Positions 22,167 through 31,438 are shown, counted from the stretch's first letter. The stretch: 64,000 bases of DNA from Bacillota bacterium (GCA_963666425.2 OY762825.2:2208001-2272000), one strand, 5' to 3'. A program made the numbers and translations. The notes: generated by a model not told the origin, from the letters alone.

Positions 22167-22781
22167 ATGCAAATCAGTAATAATCCTGTCGTTTGGTTGG
22201 CCGCCTTTGTTACGGTCTCGATCCTCAGTTTCGTTTTCTGGAATGACAGTCCGTTTTATAAATATGTGCAAAGCGCTTATTTAGGCGTAGCTGCTGGTAT
22301 CACGGTGGTGGTTGGCTGGGGCAATATAAAAAGTCAGGTGATTGCTCCTTTAGCAAAAGGTGACTACAGCATGGTTGTGCCGATTATTTTCGGCTGCCTC
22401 CTGCTGATCCGCTTTATTCCCGGTTTAAATTGGGTCGCACGATATCCGGTCGCAATCTTAGTCGCCGGCGGCGCCGGCCTAGGCTTGGCCAATACCGTGC
22501 AGGCACAGTTTGTCAGTCAGATCAAAGCTGCTTTACTGCCTCTCAACAACATCAATAATCTGATCATGTTTGTCGGTTTAATCGCGGTGATTGCCTTCTT
22601 TTTCCTGACCGGTCGGACCACGCATGCGATTGAGAAATTTAAACTTGGTTGGCTGACCTATCTTGGCCGCCTCGTTTTGATGATTGCTTTCGGTGCAGCC
22701 TTTGGTACCACGGTCATGGGACGCTGTTCCATACTGATTGGCCGTATGCAGTTCCTTTTGACCGATTTACTCGGTTTATAA
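22167..22781 (+). CDS. uncharacterised integral membrane protein (about 6 TM)
   Basis: DSPFYKYVQSAYLGVAAG, GRLVLMIAFGAAFGTTVMGR; RBS AAGGAGG. Confidence 0.8.
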   Translation: MQISNNPVVWLAAFVTVSILSFVFWNDSPFYKYVQSAYLGVAAGITVVVGWGNIKSQVIAPLAKGDYSMVVPIIFGCLLLIRFIPGLNWVARYPVAILVAGGAGLGLANTVQAQFVSQIKAALLPLNNINNLIMFVGLIAVIAFFFLTGRTTHAIEKFKLGWLTYLGRLVLMIAFGAAFGTTVMGRCSILIGRMQFLLTDLLGL

Positions 22782-22802
22782 AAAGTAAATTTTACTTTCA
22801 AT

Positions 22803-22842
22803 GAACATCCTTCCTCTTACTAAAGAGGAAGGATGTTCGTTT
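22803..22842 (+). terminator. terminator ending the four-gene membrane operon
   Basis: Perfect 16-bp stem GAACATCCTTCCTCTT-ACTA-AAGAGGAAGGATGTTC then GTTT. Confidence 0.85.
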
Positions 22843-22941
22843 TACGGTAATCAGCAGAAAATGCAGGAAAGCAGCGGATCCGACACGAATTAAAAAGCAT
22901 CGCTCATGCTTTTGAGTGAAATACGAACTTGGAGGTTCTTC

Positions 22942-23178
22942 ATGAAGACCTTTTTGGAATATTGTTCTGCTTATTTTAAAAGAATGTCACTGATCGATAG
23001 CATGCTGTTGAAAGTGAGCATTTTTTCTCTTGCTCTGCTGATCGGGATGGTGCTTTCACCAAAACAGCGTGATGCAAAGATTACCGTGATCACCGCAGTG
23101 TTCAGCGCTTCTACTCTGATGCTGATGAAAGGGCTCTTGCAGTTTTTCCAGGCGCACCGTCTGCATGCCATGGAATAA
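22942..23178 (+). CDS. small membrane protein (2 TM)
   Basis: ATG 22942 after GGAGG; two hydrophobic helices. Confidence 0.6.
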   Translation: MKTFLEYCSAYFKRMSLIDSMLLKVSIFSLALLIGMVLSPKQRDAKITVITAVFSASTLMLMKGLLQFFQAHRLHAME

Positions 23179-23180
23179 GC

Positions 23181-23615
23181 ATGCCAGGCAGCAGCATCGA
23201 ACAAACGATCGACGAAAAAGGCAGTTTGCTGATCATACCGTATGGTCATAGTATGTGGCCATTGCTGCGCAGCGGCATAGATCCGGTCTACTTAAAAAAG
23301 CCGGTGATTTTACGGAAATATGATGTTATCCTTTTTCGGCGCAATCAGGCACAACTCGTTCTGCATCGTATCGTGGCTGTCGGGAAAGACAGCTACCTTA
23401 TCTGCGGCGATGCAGAAAGTGGACGGGAGTGGATCCGTCCAGAGCAAGTGAAAGCGGTGATGGGCGGCTTTTATCGCGGAAAAGCCTATATCGGCTGCGA
23501 TCATCCGCTTTACCGAATCTATGTGCAGCTCTGGTGTGCCGCTTATCCGCTGCGGGTTGGTTTGCTTTATCTGCACGCTTTGCTTGCTAAAAAAAACGTC
23601 GCCAGAAAAAAATAA
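23181..23615 (+). CDS. S24/S26 peptidase-fold protein
   Basis: GHSMWPLL, YDVILFRR, LVLHRI, CGDA. Confidence 0.75.
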   Translation: MPGSSIEQTIDEKGSLLIIPYGHSMWPLLRSGIDPVYLKKPVILRKYDVILFRRNQAQLVLHRIVAVGKDSYLICGDAESGREWIRPEQVKAVMGGFYRGKAYIGCDHPLYRIYVQLWCAAYPLRVGLLYLHALLAKKNVARKK

Positions 23616-23642
23616 GATAAAATTGAGCGGAGGTGCGAAAGG

Positions 23643-24293
23643 TTGAAGTTTCAGACCATCCTTTTTGATTTAGACGGTACCTTGACCGATCCGGCGATCG
23701 GCATTACGAATTCGATCATGCATGCTCTCAAGCATTTTCAGATTACAGTCAATGATCGCAGCGAATTATATCGCTTTATCGGACCGCCTCTGCTGCCGGC
23801 CTTCATGCGCTTTTACGGATTTACTCAAGAAGAAGCCGCTCTGGCCGTGACGCTCTATCGGGAGTATTTCAGTGAAAAAGGCTTATTTGAGAATACGGTT
23901 TATCAGGGCATCCCGGAATTATTGGCTGCTTTGCAAAGCGAAGGCAAAACGCTGTTGGTCGCTACCTCCAAACCAACTCCTTATACCGAACGGATTTTAA
24001 AGCACTTTCAGTTGGAGCGTTACTTTCATTTTATTGCCGGCAGCAATCTTGATAACAGCAGAACCGATAAAGCAGAGGTGATTCGCTACGCCTTGGCAAA
24101 CGCTCCGGCCGCAGATCCGAGCTGTACCCTGATGGTTGGTGACCGTGAGCAGGATATCCTGGGCGCTAAAAAGAATCAAATTGCAGCTGCGGGCGTTCTA
24201 TATGGTTATGGCAGTAAAGCAGAATTAGTAACAGCCGGTGCGGATTATCTGTTGGATTCGGTGCAGCATTTGCAGGATTTGCTGCTGAAGTAA
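23643..24293 (+). CDS. HAD-IA hydrolase (5'-nucleotidase/phosphoglycolate phosphatase-like)
   Basis: FDLDGTLTD, FIGPPL, ATSKP, MVGDREQDILGA, YGYGS. Confidence 0.9.
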   Translation: MKFQTILFDLDGTLTDPAIGITNSIMHALKHFQITVNDRSELYRFIGPPLLPAFMRFYGFTQEEAALAVTLYREYFSEKGLFENTVYQGIPELLAALQSEGKTLLVATSKPTPYTERILKHFQLERYFHFIAGSNLDNSRTDKAEVIRYALANAPAADPSCTLMVGDREQDILGAKKNQIAAAGVLYGYGSKAELVTAGADYLLDSVQHLQDLLLK

Positions 24294-24317
24294 AAAAAAT
24301 GTTGCCAGCTGAAACAT

Positions 24318-24355
24318 GAAACCGCAGAACGATCACTTCGTTTTGCGGTTTCTTC
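24318..24355 (+). terminator. intrinsic terminator
   Basis: GAAACCGCAGAACGA-TCACT-TCGTTTTGCGGTTTC. Confidence 0.7.
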
Positions 24356-24424
24356 TGCCTCAGCGATCAAAAAACCGCCGATCGCGGATCTATTTTCAAG
24401 CAATAAGAGAAAGCAGGGAATGAA

Positions 24425-25240
24425 ATGAGTCTAGTCGCAGAATTGCCGCCGCAGTGGCTGAAAAAAGCCAAAGTGTTTATCTTGGATATGGATGGAACCA
24501 TCTATCTGGGTGGACGGCTTTTCCCTTTCACACAGAACTTTTTGCAGGAAATCAGCAACAGCGGCCGACGCTATGTCTTCTTTACCAATAACTCTTCCCG
24601 CAGCGTGGCAGACTATCGGGAAAAATTGGCTGGTATGGGCATCAAAACCGCAGAGAATCAGCTCTATAATGCAACACAGGTTTTGTTGGAAGATTTACTG
24701 CAGAGACAGACAAGTCCTACGGTTTTTGTAGTCGGCACGCAAGTCTTGCAAAAAGAATTCATTCAGGCGGGATTTCAATGCAGCGAGGCTGCCGATCTTG
24801 TCGTGTTGGGTTTTGATACGGAACTAACCTACGATAAAGTAAAAACAGCCTGTGATTTGATTCGGCAGGGGGTTGCTGTCGTTGGGATCAATCCGGATTT
24901 GAATTGTCCGGTGGAGAACGGTTTTCTGCCCGACTGCGGTTCCATCGCCGCGCTGATCACGGCATCGACCGGCGTTAAAATAGAGTTTTATGGCAAACCA
25001 AGCCGCTATACCTTAGACTTTCTCAAACGAAAAACCGGTGTTCGCGAAGAAGAACTCGTCTTTGTCGGCGACCGCCTTTATACGGATATTGCGATCAGCC
25101 AAGGCAGCCAGGCACACAGCATTTTGGTTTATTCCGGTGAGACAAAAAAAAGCTCTGCCGAGAATCCGCACTGCAAACCGGATTTGGCTTGCGCAGATTT
25201 AGCAGAGCTGGCCATCTTGCTAAAAAAAGCAGACGGTTAA
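24425..25240 (+). CDS. HAD-IIA hydrolase (NagD family)
   Basis: LDMDGTIY, FTNNSSRS, NPDLNCP, PDCGS, GKPS, VGDRLYTDI. Confidence 0.92.
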   Translation: MSLVAELPPQWLKKAKVFILDMDGTIYLGGRLFPFTQNFLQEISNSGRRYVFFTNNSSRSVADYREKLAGMGIKTAENQLYNATQVLLEDLLQRQTSPTVFVVGTQVLQKEFIQAGFQCSEAADLVVLGFDTELTYDKVKTACDLIRQGVAVVGINPDLNCPVENGFLPDCGSIAALITASTGVKIEFYGKPSRYTLDFLKRKTGVREEELVFVGDRLYTDIAISQGSQAHSILVYSGETKKSSAENPHCKPDLACADLAELAILLKKADG

Positions 25241-25878
25241 ATGTTGATTCCTTTTAAGAAAAGCTCCGTGTTAAAATACTTGGCGGCATCATCAATCAAG
25301 AGTGCATCTGGCGTTAGAAATTTCAGCAGCAAGCGGGCGCTGCCTTTGCCACCGCCGGAGCCGGGTGCAGCCACGAGAGCACAGGAGAAATCGCTGCCGC
25401 GCAGTGCGATGCTATAGCGCTCCTCACTGTAAAATAAAAAAGGTGAACGGAGCTTAACGCAGGTCAGTGGTGTCAGCTGAACTTGTTCTATTTCACTGAC
25501 TGCGGTGCGGTTGGATTTGATCACGAGATCGAAGCAGCCGCTGAAGCCAAAATAGACAGCCAGTTGATCCGCAGCTTCCAGACCAAAAATACGGCTGGCA
25601 TGATCAGCCAACCATTGCGGCAAACGTGCGTTGCTGTCATTGCTGAGATCGAGCACTTCTCTCTGCTTCATTAACTGGCGCTCGAGTCGGCTAAGGACTT
25701 GAGAGACACCATTCTGTTCTTTCTCAATCAGAAAAGCGATATCCTCTGTCGTTAAGCTGGAAAAAAGCAGGCTGGGTATCTGGTAAAATTCTCCCAGATG
25801 GCGCATGCTCAAAGGCTGTGAAAAATGGATCGCCCGGTAGACGGAGGCGGGAATGAGGGCTGCATTTTGATTTTTCAA
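25237..25878 (-). CDS. hypothetical protein
   Basis: 213-aa ORF directly downstream of the HD gene with an AAGGAAG RBS; no motif recognised. Confidence 0.6.
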   Translation of the reverse strand: MKNQNAALIPASVYRAIHFSQPLSMRHLGEFYQIPSLLFSSLTTEDIAFLIEKEQNGVSQVLSRLERQLMKQREVLDLSNDSNARLPQWLADHASRIFGLEAADQLAVYFGFSGCFDLVIKSNRTAVSEIEQVQLTPLTCVKLRSPFLFYSEERYSIALRGSDFSCALVAAPGSGGGKGSARLLLKFLTPDALLIDDAAKYFNTELFLKGINI

Positions 25879-25895
25879 GATGGTTGCTTCCTTTC

Positions 25896-26555
25896 TTACA
25901 TCATAACCATTTGATTGACAATCAGGCTGAAGCGCAGTTTTAGAAATTCTGCGGCGCGGCGGCAGAGCAGCATGCGGCTGATGAAAATCTCAAAATACTC
26001 CATCGGCGGGCAGATTTGGGGATCGATGGTGATATTCAGCGTAATCAGCTTTTTTTCTGCTTCGATCAGCAGATCGCAATGTTCCACGGCATAATTGACT
26101 CGGTCATGTATATCAAAAGCAGTGGAATTTCGGTTCCGTACACGACTGCGGCGCACATCACTCTTGTCGGCGATGATCAAAGCGGCGCTGATCGGATTGA
26201 CGGCGACCGCAGTCGCCTCATCATGCGTTCCGATGGCGGAGACAATCAAAGCAATTTCATCTGCCGGCAGCGCCAGGTTTTGCAGCAGCGTGAAGGCCAT
26301 AATACCGCCGCTGTGCGCATGATCCACCCGGTTGACCAAATTACCGATATCATGCATGTAACCCGCAATTTTGGCTAATTCCACCATCCTCGCGCTGTAA
26401 TCCAGGGCTGTGAGGATTTTAGCGGCGCGGTCGGCACTCAGCAAAGCATGCGGGAAGGAATGCTCGGTATAGCCGAGTTCCTTCATCATCTGATCGCTTT
26501 GTTCGATATAGGTATGCAAATTCGAGTTTTCTTTAACTTGTGCAAAAGTGACCAT
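25896..26555 (-). CDS. HD-domain phosphohydrolase
   Basis: GYTEHSFPH, YMHDIGN, IIADKSDVRRSRVR, DIHDRVNYAV. Confidence 0.9.
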   Translation of the reverse strand: MVTFAQVKENSNLHTYIEQSDQMMKELGYTEHSFPHALLSADRAAKILTALDYSARMVELAKIAGYMHDIGNLVNRVDHAHSGGIMAFTLLQNLALPADEIALIVSAIGTHDEATAVAVNPISAALIIADKSDVRRSRVRNRNSTAFDIHDRVNYAVEHCDLLIEAEKKLITLNITIDPQICPPMEYFEIFISRMLLCRRAAEFLKLRFSLIVNQMVMM

Positions 26556-26819
26556 CGTGTTTCTTTTCTCCTTTGAATTCCTCTGCTTCTATTATACCTG
26601 TTTTTCTGTTTCTGACAAGTAGCAGCCGCAAAATCAGCGCAGGGTAATCAACCCGGCAGTGGGCCGGAAGCTGCGCTTGCCTGGACGGGCAGCAATAAAA
26701 AAACAATCCACCCGCCGTGGATGGAAAAGAATTTTCAGTGGCAGCCGGCTGAGACAAGCAGGAGACAGTCTTTTCTTTCTCGAATGATAAGCAGCATCAA
26801 CCGCAAGGAGGAAATTGAC

Positions 26820-27995
26820 ATGGAAAAAATCTATCAGGGCATCCAGGCTGCCGTTGAAGCGGACAAAGAGCGACTGTTTGAAATCAATGATGCAATTTAC
26901 GCCCATCCGGAATTGGGCAATCAGGAATTCTATGCTGCCGATCGTTTGACTGCAGCGCTGCAAGAAGCAGGTTTCAGCATTGAACGTCCTTACCGCGAGA
27001 TCGCCACCGGTTTTCGTGCGACCTATGATACCGGTAAACCGGGTCCCACCCTGGCGATTATGGGTGAATATGATGCTCTGCCGGATATCGGTCATGGCTG
27101 CGGTCACAATATGATCGGGACAATTGCGCTGGGTACGGCTTGTGCTTTGGCTAAAAATGCAGCGGCTCTGCGCGGTAGGATTGTGATGCTGGGCACTCCT
27201 GCGGAAGAAACCAACGGTGCTAAAGTCGTTTATGCGGCGACTAAGGTCTTTGATGATATCGATGCTGCGATGATCGTGCATCCCGGCAGTGAAAATGCGC
27301 TCGGTTCGACATCCCTGGCTTTGGAACCGCTGGAGTTCATCTTCCATGGCAAGACGTGTCATGCTTCCGGTAATCCGGAAGATGGCATCAACGCCCTGGA
27401 CGGAGCTATCCTGACTTTTAACAATATCAATGCGCTGCGCCAGCATGTGACTTCGGATATTCGCATCCATGGCGTGATTACGGAAGGCGGCAAGACGCCT
27501 AATGTTACGCCGGACTATGCGGTTGCCCGTTTCTATGTGCGCGGCAAAAAACGCGATTATCTGGATACCATCGTTGAAAAAGTCAAAAACTGTGCCCAAG
27601 CCGCCGCTTTGGCGACCGGCTGCAGTCTGGAAATCAAGACCTACGAATTTCCCAATGACAATATGCGCCCCAATGTGCGGATGACCGCTGTCTGGGAGAA
27701 GCATCTGCGCGCCTTGGGCATCACAGAATTCAAACCGCTCGATTTGACGGCAGCCGGGGGTTCCACCGACTGCGGCAATGTTTCACAGCAGTTGCCGGCC
27801 ATTCATCCCCATATCGGCATTACCGGCGGAGTGAAAGTCAGCGGTCACAGCCGCGAATTTGCCGCGGCGACGCAGACCGAAGCAGGACATGCCGCCATGT
27901 TGGTTGCCATCAAGGGTGCAGCCTGCACGATGGCGGATCTCTTGATGAATGATGCGCTTTTGCAGGAAGTCAAAGACGAATTCGACCGGCACTAA
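26820..27995 (+). CDS. M20 family amidohydrolase (ACY1L2/AbgB-like)
   Basis: HPELGNQE, GEYDALP, GHGCGHN, GTPAEE, GGSTDCGNVS; ATG 26820 after AAGGAGG. Confidence 0.93.
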   Translation: MEKIYQGIQAAVEADKERLFEINDAIYAHPELGNQEFYAADRLTAALQEAGFSIERPYREIATGFRATYDTGKPGPTLAIMGEYDALPDIGHGCGHNMIGTIALGTACALAKNAAALRGRIVMLGTPAEETNGAKVVYAATKVFDDIDAAMIVHPGSENALGSTSLALEPLEFIFHGKTCHASGNPEDGINALDGAILTFNNINALRQHVTSDIRIHGVITEGGKTPNVTPDYAVARFYVRGKKRDYLDTIVEKVKNCAQAAALATGCSLEIKTYEFPNDNMRPNVRMTAVWEKHLRALGITEFKPLDLTAAGGSTDCGNVSQQLPAIHPHIGITGGVKVSGHSREFAAATQTEAGHAAMLVAIKGAACTMADLLMNDALLQEVKDEFDRH

Positions 27996-28012
27996 GACCG
28001 GATGATCAAGAC

Positions 28013-28051
28013 ACCGGAGAACCAAGACCATGTGGTTCTCCGGTCTTTTTT
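28013..28051 (+). terminator. intrinsic terminator after the amidohydrolase
   Basis: ACCGGAGAACCA...TGGTTCTCCGGT then CTTTTTT. Confidence 0.8.
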
Positions 28052-28112
28052 CTAGGCAAATCTAACTGTAGAGCGGCCCTTACAGCAAAAAATGAGGAAA
28101 ATGAGGTGAAAT

Positions 28113-28754
28113 ATGATTCGCTATTCACATATTCTTTGGGATTTTAATGGTACTTTGCTCAATGATGTCCAGACAGGACTGCAAAGCGCCAATGTCTTAT
28201 TGCTGCGCCGAAATTTGAAACCGATTGAAAGCATCGCCAGCTATCGCCAGCTTTTTTGCTTTCCGATTATTGAATACTACCGAAAAATCGGCTTGGATTT
28301 GACGGCGGAATCTTTTGAAGCTTTAGCCGAAGAGTGGATGGAGCAGTATCGCTATTTTTACCGCAGCGCGGCTCTCTTTGCCAATGTCGTAGAAGTATTG
28401 ACCACGATTCAGTCTCTTGCTCTGCCGCAGATCATTTTGTCCGCGACGGAAAAAAACATGCTAACCGTTCAATTGAGCGAATTGGGCATCCGCAACTATT
28501 TCGCTGAGATTCTGGGCTTGGATAATATCCATGCCTATAGCAAAGTGAATCTCGCAATAAGTTGGCAGGAACGTGTAAAGCCAAGCAAAATGTTGCTGAT
28601 CGGAGATACGGCTCACGATTTTGAAACTGCTGAAGCAATCGGAGCGGATTGTATTTTAGTCGCCAATGGACATCAAGCCAAAGAAAATTTACAGAAATTG
28701 AACTGTCAGGTACTGAACGATCTGACGGAACTGCTCTCGCAACTGACCAAATAA
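28113..28754 (+). CDS. HAD family hydrolase
   Basis: WDFNGTLLND, ILSA, LIGDTAHDFE, GHQ. Confidence 0.9.
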   Translation: MIRYSHILWDFNGTLLNDVQTGLQSANVLLLRRNLKPIESIASYRQLFCFPIIEYYRKIGLDLTAESFEALAEEWMEQYRYFYRSAALFANVVEVLTTIQSLALPQIILSATEKNMLTVQLSELGIRNYFAEILGLDNIHAYSKVNLAISWQERVKPSKMLLIGDTAHDFETAEAIGADCILVANGHQAKENLQKLNCQVLNDLTELLSQLTK

Positions 28755-28890
28755 AATCACAGCTGAGGCGTTCACTGCTTCAATTTTCTGCCTGCAGTGC
28801 AGCTAAAAACAGATTGATGGATGAAATTGCATCCCGAGCAAAGCAGTACAGGAAGCGATGAAAAAATTTGAAATAGAGCAAGAAAACCAC

Positions 28891-28948
28891 TTGACAGTTG
28901 AGCCAGTATTCAATTATAATGCAGGCAAAGGTTGAATCATGATTCAAC
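28891..28948 (+). promoter_or_regulatory. cad operon promoter and ArsR/SmtB operator
   Basis: TTGACA (28891) - 18 nt - TATAAT (28915); perfect palindrome GTTGAATCATGATTCAAC (28931-28948); imperfect copy GTTGAGCCAGTATTCAAT in the spacer. Confidence 0.8.
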
Positions 28949-28977
28949 TGAGAAAACGGGAGGGAGGAAATCAATTG

Positions 28978-29358
28978 GTGAAAGCGGATGTATTTTGTGA
29001 TTGCGATGTGATCCACGCAGAAGCAGTCAACGCGGTCAGGCTAAAAATGCCGGATGAGAATAAATTAACCGATCTAGCTGATTTTTTCAAGGTGCTGGGT
29101 GACAGCACGCGAGCGAGAATCATCTGGGCACTGGATGAAAGCGAATTGTGTGTCTGTGACCTGGCGGTATTGCTGAACATGACAAAATCTGCAATTTCCC
29201 ACCAACTCAGTGCTTTAAAACAGGCAAATCTTGTCAAGTCCAGAAGAGACGGCAAAGTCATCTTCTATTCTCTTACCGATGATCATGTCAAAGAGATCTT
29301 CGAAAAGGGATGGCAGCATGTCACGGCATGCAATCAAATGGAAGCGGAGGCAATATAA
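28978..29358 (+). CDS. ArsR/SmtB family metal-sensing repressor (CadC/CzrA-like)
   Basis: CDCDVIH, FKVLGDSTRARI, ELCVCDLA, SAISHQL, YSLTDDHV. Confidence 0.93.
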   Translation: MKADVFCDCDVIHAEAVNAVRLKMPDENKLTDLADFFKVLGDSTRARIIWALDESELCVCDLAVLLNMTKSAISHQLSALKQANLVKSRRDGKVIFYSLTDDHVKEIFEKGWQHVTACNQMEAEAI

Positions 29359-29359
29359 A

Positions 29360-29581
29360 ATGAAAAAGACTTATAAGCTTGAAGGCTTGGATTGCGCCAA
29401 TTGTGCGGCAAAAATAGAAAGAGCCGTCAATGGCCTGGACGGAGTCACGTCCGCCACACTGAATTTTCTGACGACGAAATTGGTGATTGAGGCTGACGAA
29501 GCAAAAATCAGCGAAATCGTAACCGCTACAGAAAAAATCGTAAAAAAATTAGAGCCTGATGTCATCTTGAAAAAGGCTTAA
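29360..29581 (+). CDS. stand-alone heavy-metal-associated (HMA) domain protein
   Basis: MKKTYKLEGLDCANCAAKIE; ATG 29360. Confidence 0.9.
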   Translation: MKKTYKLEGLDCANCAAKIERAVNGLDGVTSATLNFLTTKLVIEADEAKISEIVTATEKIVKKLEPDVILKKA

Positions 29582-29593
29582 TCGAGGTTAGCA

Positions 29594-31438
29594 ATGAAGA
29601 AACGTTTTTGGCGGATCCTGGTTGGGGCATTGATCTTTGTGGCAGCCTTATTGATCCAAACCTCAAATCCCTGGCTGCAGCCGCTGATCTTTCTGATCAG
29701 CTATTTGGTCTTAGCCGGCGATGTGCTTATCTTGGCATTGCGGAATATTCTGCATGGTCAGATTTTTGATGAGAATTTTTTGATGGGGATCGCTTCACTG
29801 GGAGCATTTTGCATTCGGCAATACTCCGAAGGCGTTGCTGTCATGCTTTTTTATCAAGTCGGTGAGTTGTTTCAAAGCTATGCCGTCAGTAAATCCAGGA
29901 AATCGATTGCCGATCTGATGGATATTCGGCCGGATTATGCCAATGTTCAGCAGGGACTTGAGTTGATCAGAATGGATCCGGACGATGTAAAGATTGGCGA
30001 CCTGATTGTGATTAAAGCCGGGGAGAAAGTACCGCTTGACGGCACCGTGCGGGAAGGCAGTTCGATGATCGATACTTCGGCTCTGACAGGTGAATCACTG
30101 CCGCGTGAAGTGGCAGTCGGTGGTGAAATCCTCAGCGGCTGTATCAATCTCAATGGTGTCCTGACTGTGGAAGTGACAAAGGAATTCGGTGAATCAACCG
30201 TCAGTAAAATCCTGGATTTAGTGGAGAATGCCAGCAGTAAAAAATCGAAATCGGAGCAATTCATCACCAAATTCGCCCGTTATTATACACCCATCGTGGT
30301 GACACTGGCTGTGCTGTTAGCCATTCTGCCGCCTCTGCTGATCCGGGGAGAGAACTTTGGCAGCTGGATCTATCGGGCATTATCCTTTCTCGTCGTATCC
30401 TGTCCCTGTGCCCTCGTGATTTCGATCCCGCTCAGCTTTTTCGGCGGCATTGGCGGAGCTTCCCGCCGGGGGATTTTAGTCAAAGGCAGCAATTACCTGG
30501 AAGCTTTGGCGCAGACGGAGATCGTGGTTTTTGATAAGACCGGTACCCTGACCAAAGGTGTCTTCAATGTGCAGGAGATCCGGCCGCAGGGGCTGACCAG
30601 AGAAATATTGCTGGAATTGGCCGCTTATGCGGAAAGCTACTCCAATCATCCGATTTCTTCCTCTCTCAAGCGTGCCTACGGTAAAGCCATTCAAAACGAG
30701 CGCATTAGCGGAGTGGAGGAAATTCCGGGGCAGGGAGTCCTGGCAACGGTTGATGGGAAAAAAATCATCGCCGGTAATGTCAAACTGATGAAAGCCAAAC
30801 AGATCTCCTATTTCACGGGAGAATTGATCGGGACAGTGGTTCATGTTGCCGTCGACGGCAGTTATGCCGGCTATCTGCTGATTTCCGATGAAGTTAAAGA
30901 AGATGCGGCGCAGGCAATTCAAGCCTTGAAGAAAAATGGGATTCAAAAAATCATCATGCTGACCGGCGATAATCAAAATGTCGGAGCAAAAATCGCTGCG
31001 GAGCTTGGCATCAATCAAGTCTATGCTGAACTGCTGCCTGCGGATAAAGTCGACAAGCTGGAAGAACTCTTGCGGGAGAAATCCGGTAAAGGCAAATTGG
31101 CTTTTGTCGGTGACGGCATCAATGACGCTCCGGTATTGGCGCGGGCGGATATCGGTATTGCCATGGGGGGGTTGGGTTCGGATGCCGCCATTGAGGCAGC
31201 GGATGTGGTGATCATGACCGACGAGCCTTCGAAAATTGCCACTGCCATCAAGATCTCTAAAAAAACCTTGAGGATTGTTTACCAAAACATCATCCTGGCA
31301 ATTTCTATTAAAGTCATCGTCTTAATTCTCAGCGCTTTGGGAATTGTCTCGATGTGGGCCGCGATCTTTGCCGATGTTGGCGTCATGATCTTAGCAGTCC
31401 TCAACTCCTTCCGTGCCTTGAATATGCGCAATCTCTAA
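29594..31438 (+). CDS. cadA: P1B-type Zn/Cd/Pb-exporting ATPase
   Basis: TGES, CPC, DKTGT, HP, GDGINDAP, FADVG. Confidence 0.93.
   Translation: MKKRFWRILVGALIFVAALLIQTSNPWLQPLIFLISYLVLAGDVLILALRNILHGQIFDENFLMGIASLGAFCIRQYSEGVAVMLFYQVGELFQSYAVSKSRKSIADLMDIRPDYANVQQGLELIRMDPDDVKIGDLIVIKAGEKVPLDGTVREGSSMIDTSALTGESLPREVAVGGEILSGCINLNGVLTVEVTKEFGESTVSKILDLVENASSKKSKSEQFITKFARYYTPIVVTLAVLLAILPPLLIRGENFGSWIYRALSFLVVSCPCALVISIPLSFFGGIGGASRRGILVKGSNYLEALAQTEIVVFDKTGTLTKGVFNVQEIRPQGLTREILLELAAYAESYSNHPISSSLKRAYGKAIQNERISGVEEIPGQGVLATVDGKKIIAGNVKLMKAKQISYFTGELIGTVVHVAVDGSYAGYLLISDEVKEDAAQAIQALKKNGIQKIIMLTGDNQNVGAKIAAELGINQVYAELLPADKVDKLEELLREKSGKGKLAFVGDGINDAPVLARADIGIAMGGLGSDAAIEAADVVIMTDEPSKIATAIKISKKTLRIVYQNIILAISIKVIVLILSALGIVSMWAAIFADVGVMILAVLNSFRALNMRNL

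Noticed and set aside
26655-26695. SRP-RNA-like GGCCGGAAG...GCAGC segment
   Set aside because: Lacks the full domain IV pattern (CAGG..CCGGAAGGAAGCAGC)
26634-27704. 356-aa minus-strand ORF, and similar long antisense ORFs at 30476-31285 and 57065-57922
   Set aside because: Antisense shadows of well-supported genes, with no motifs or RBS
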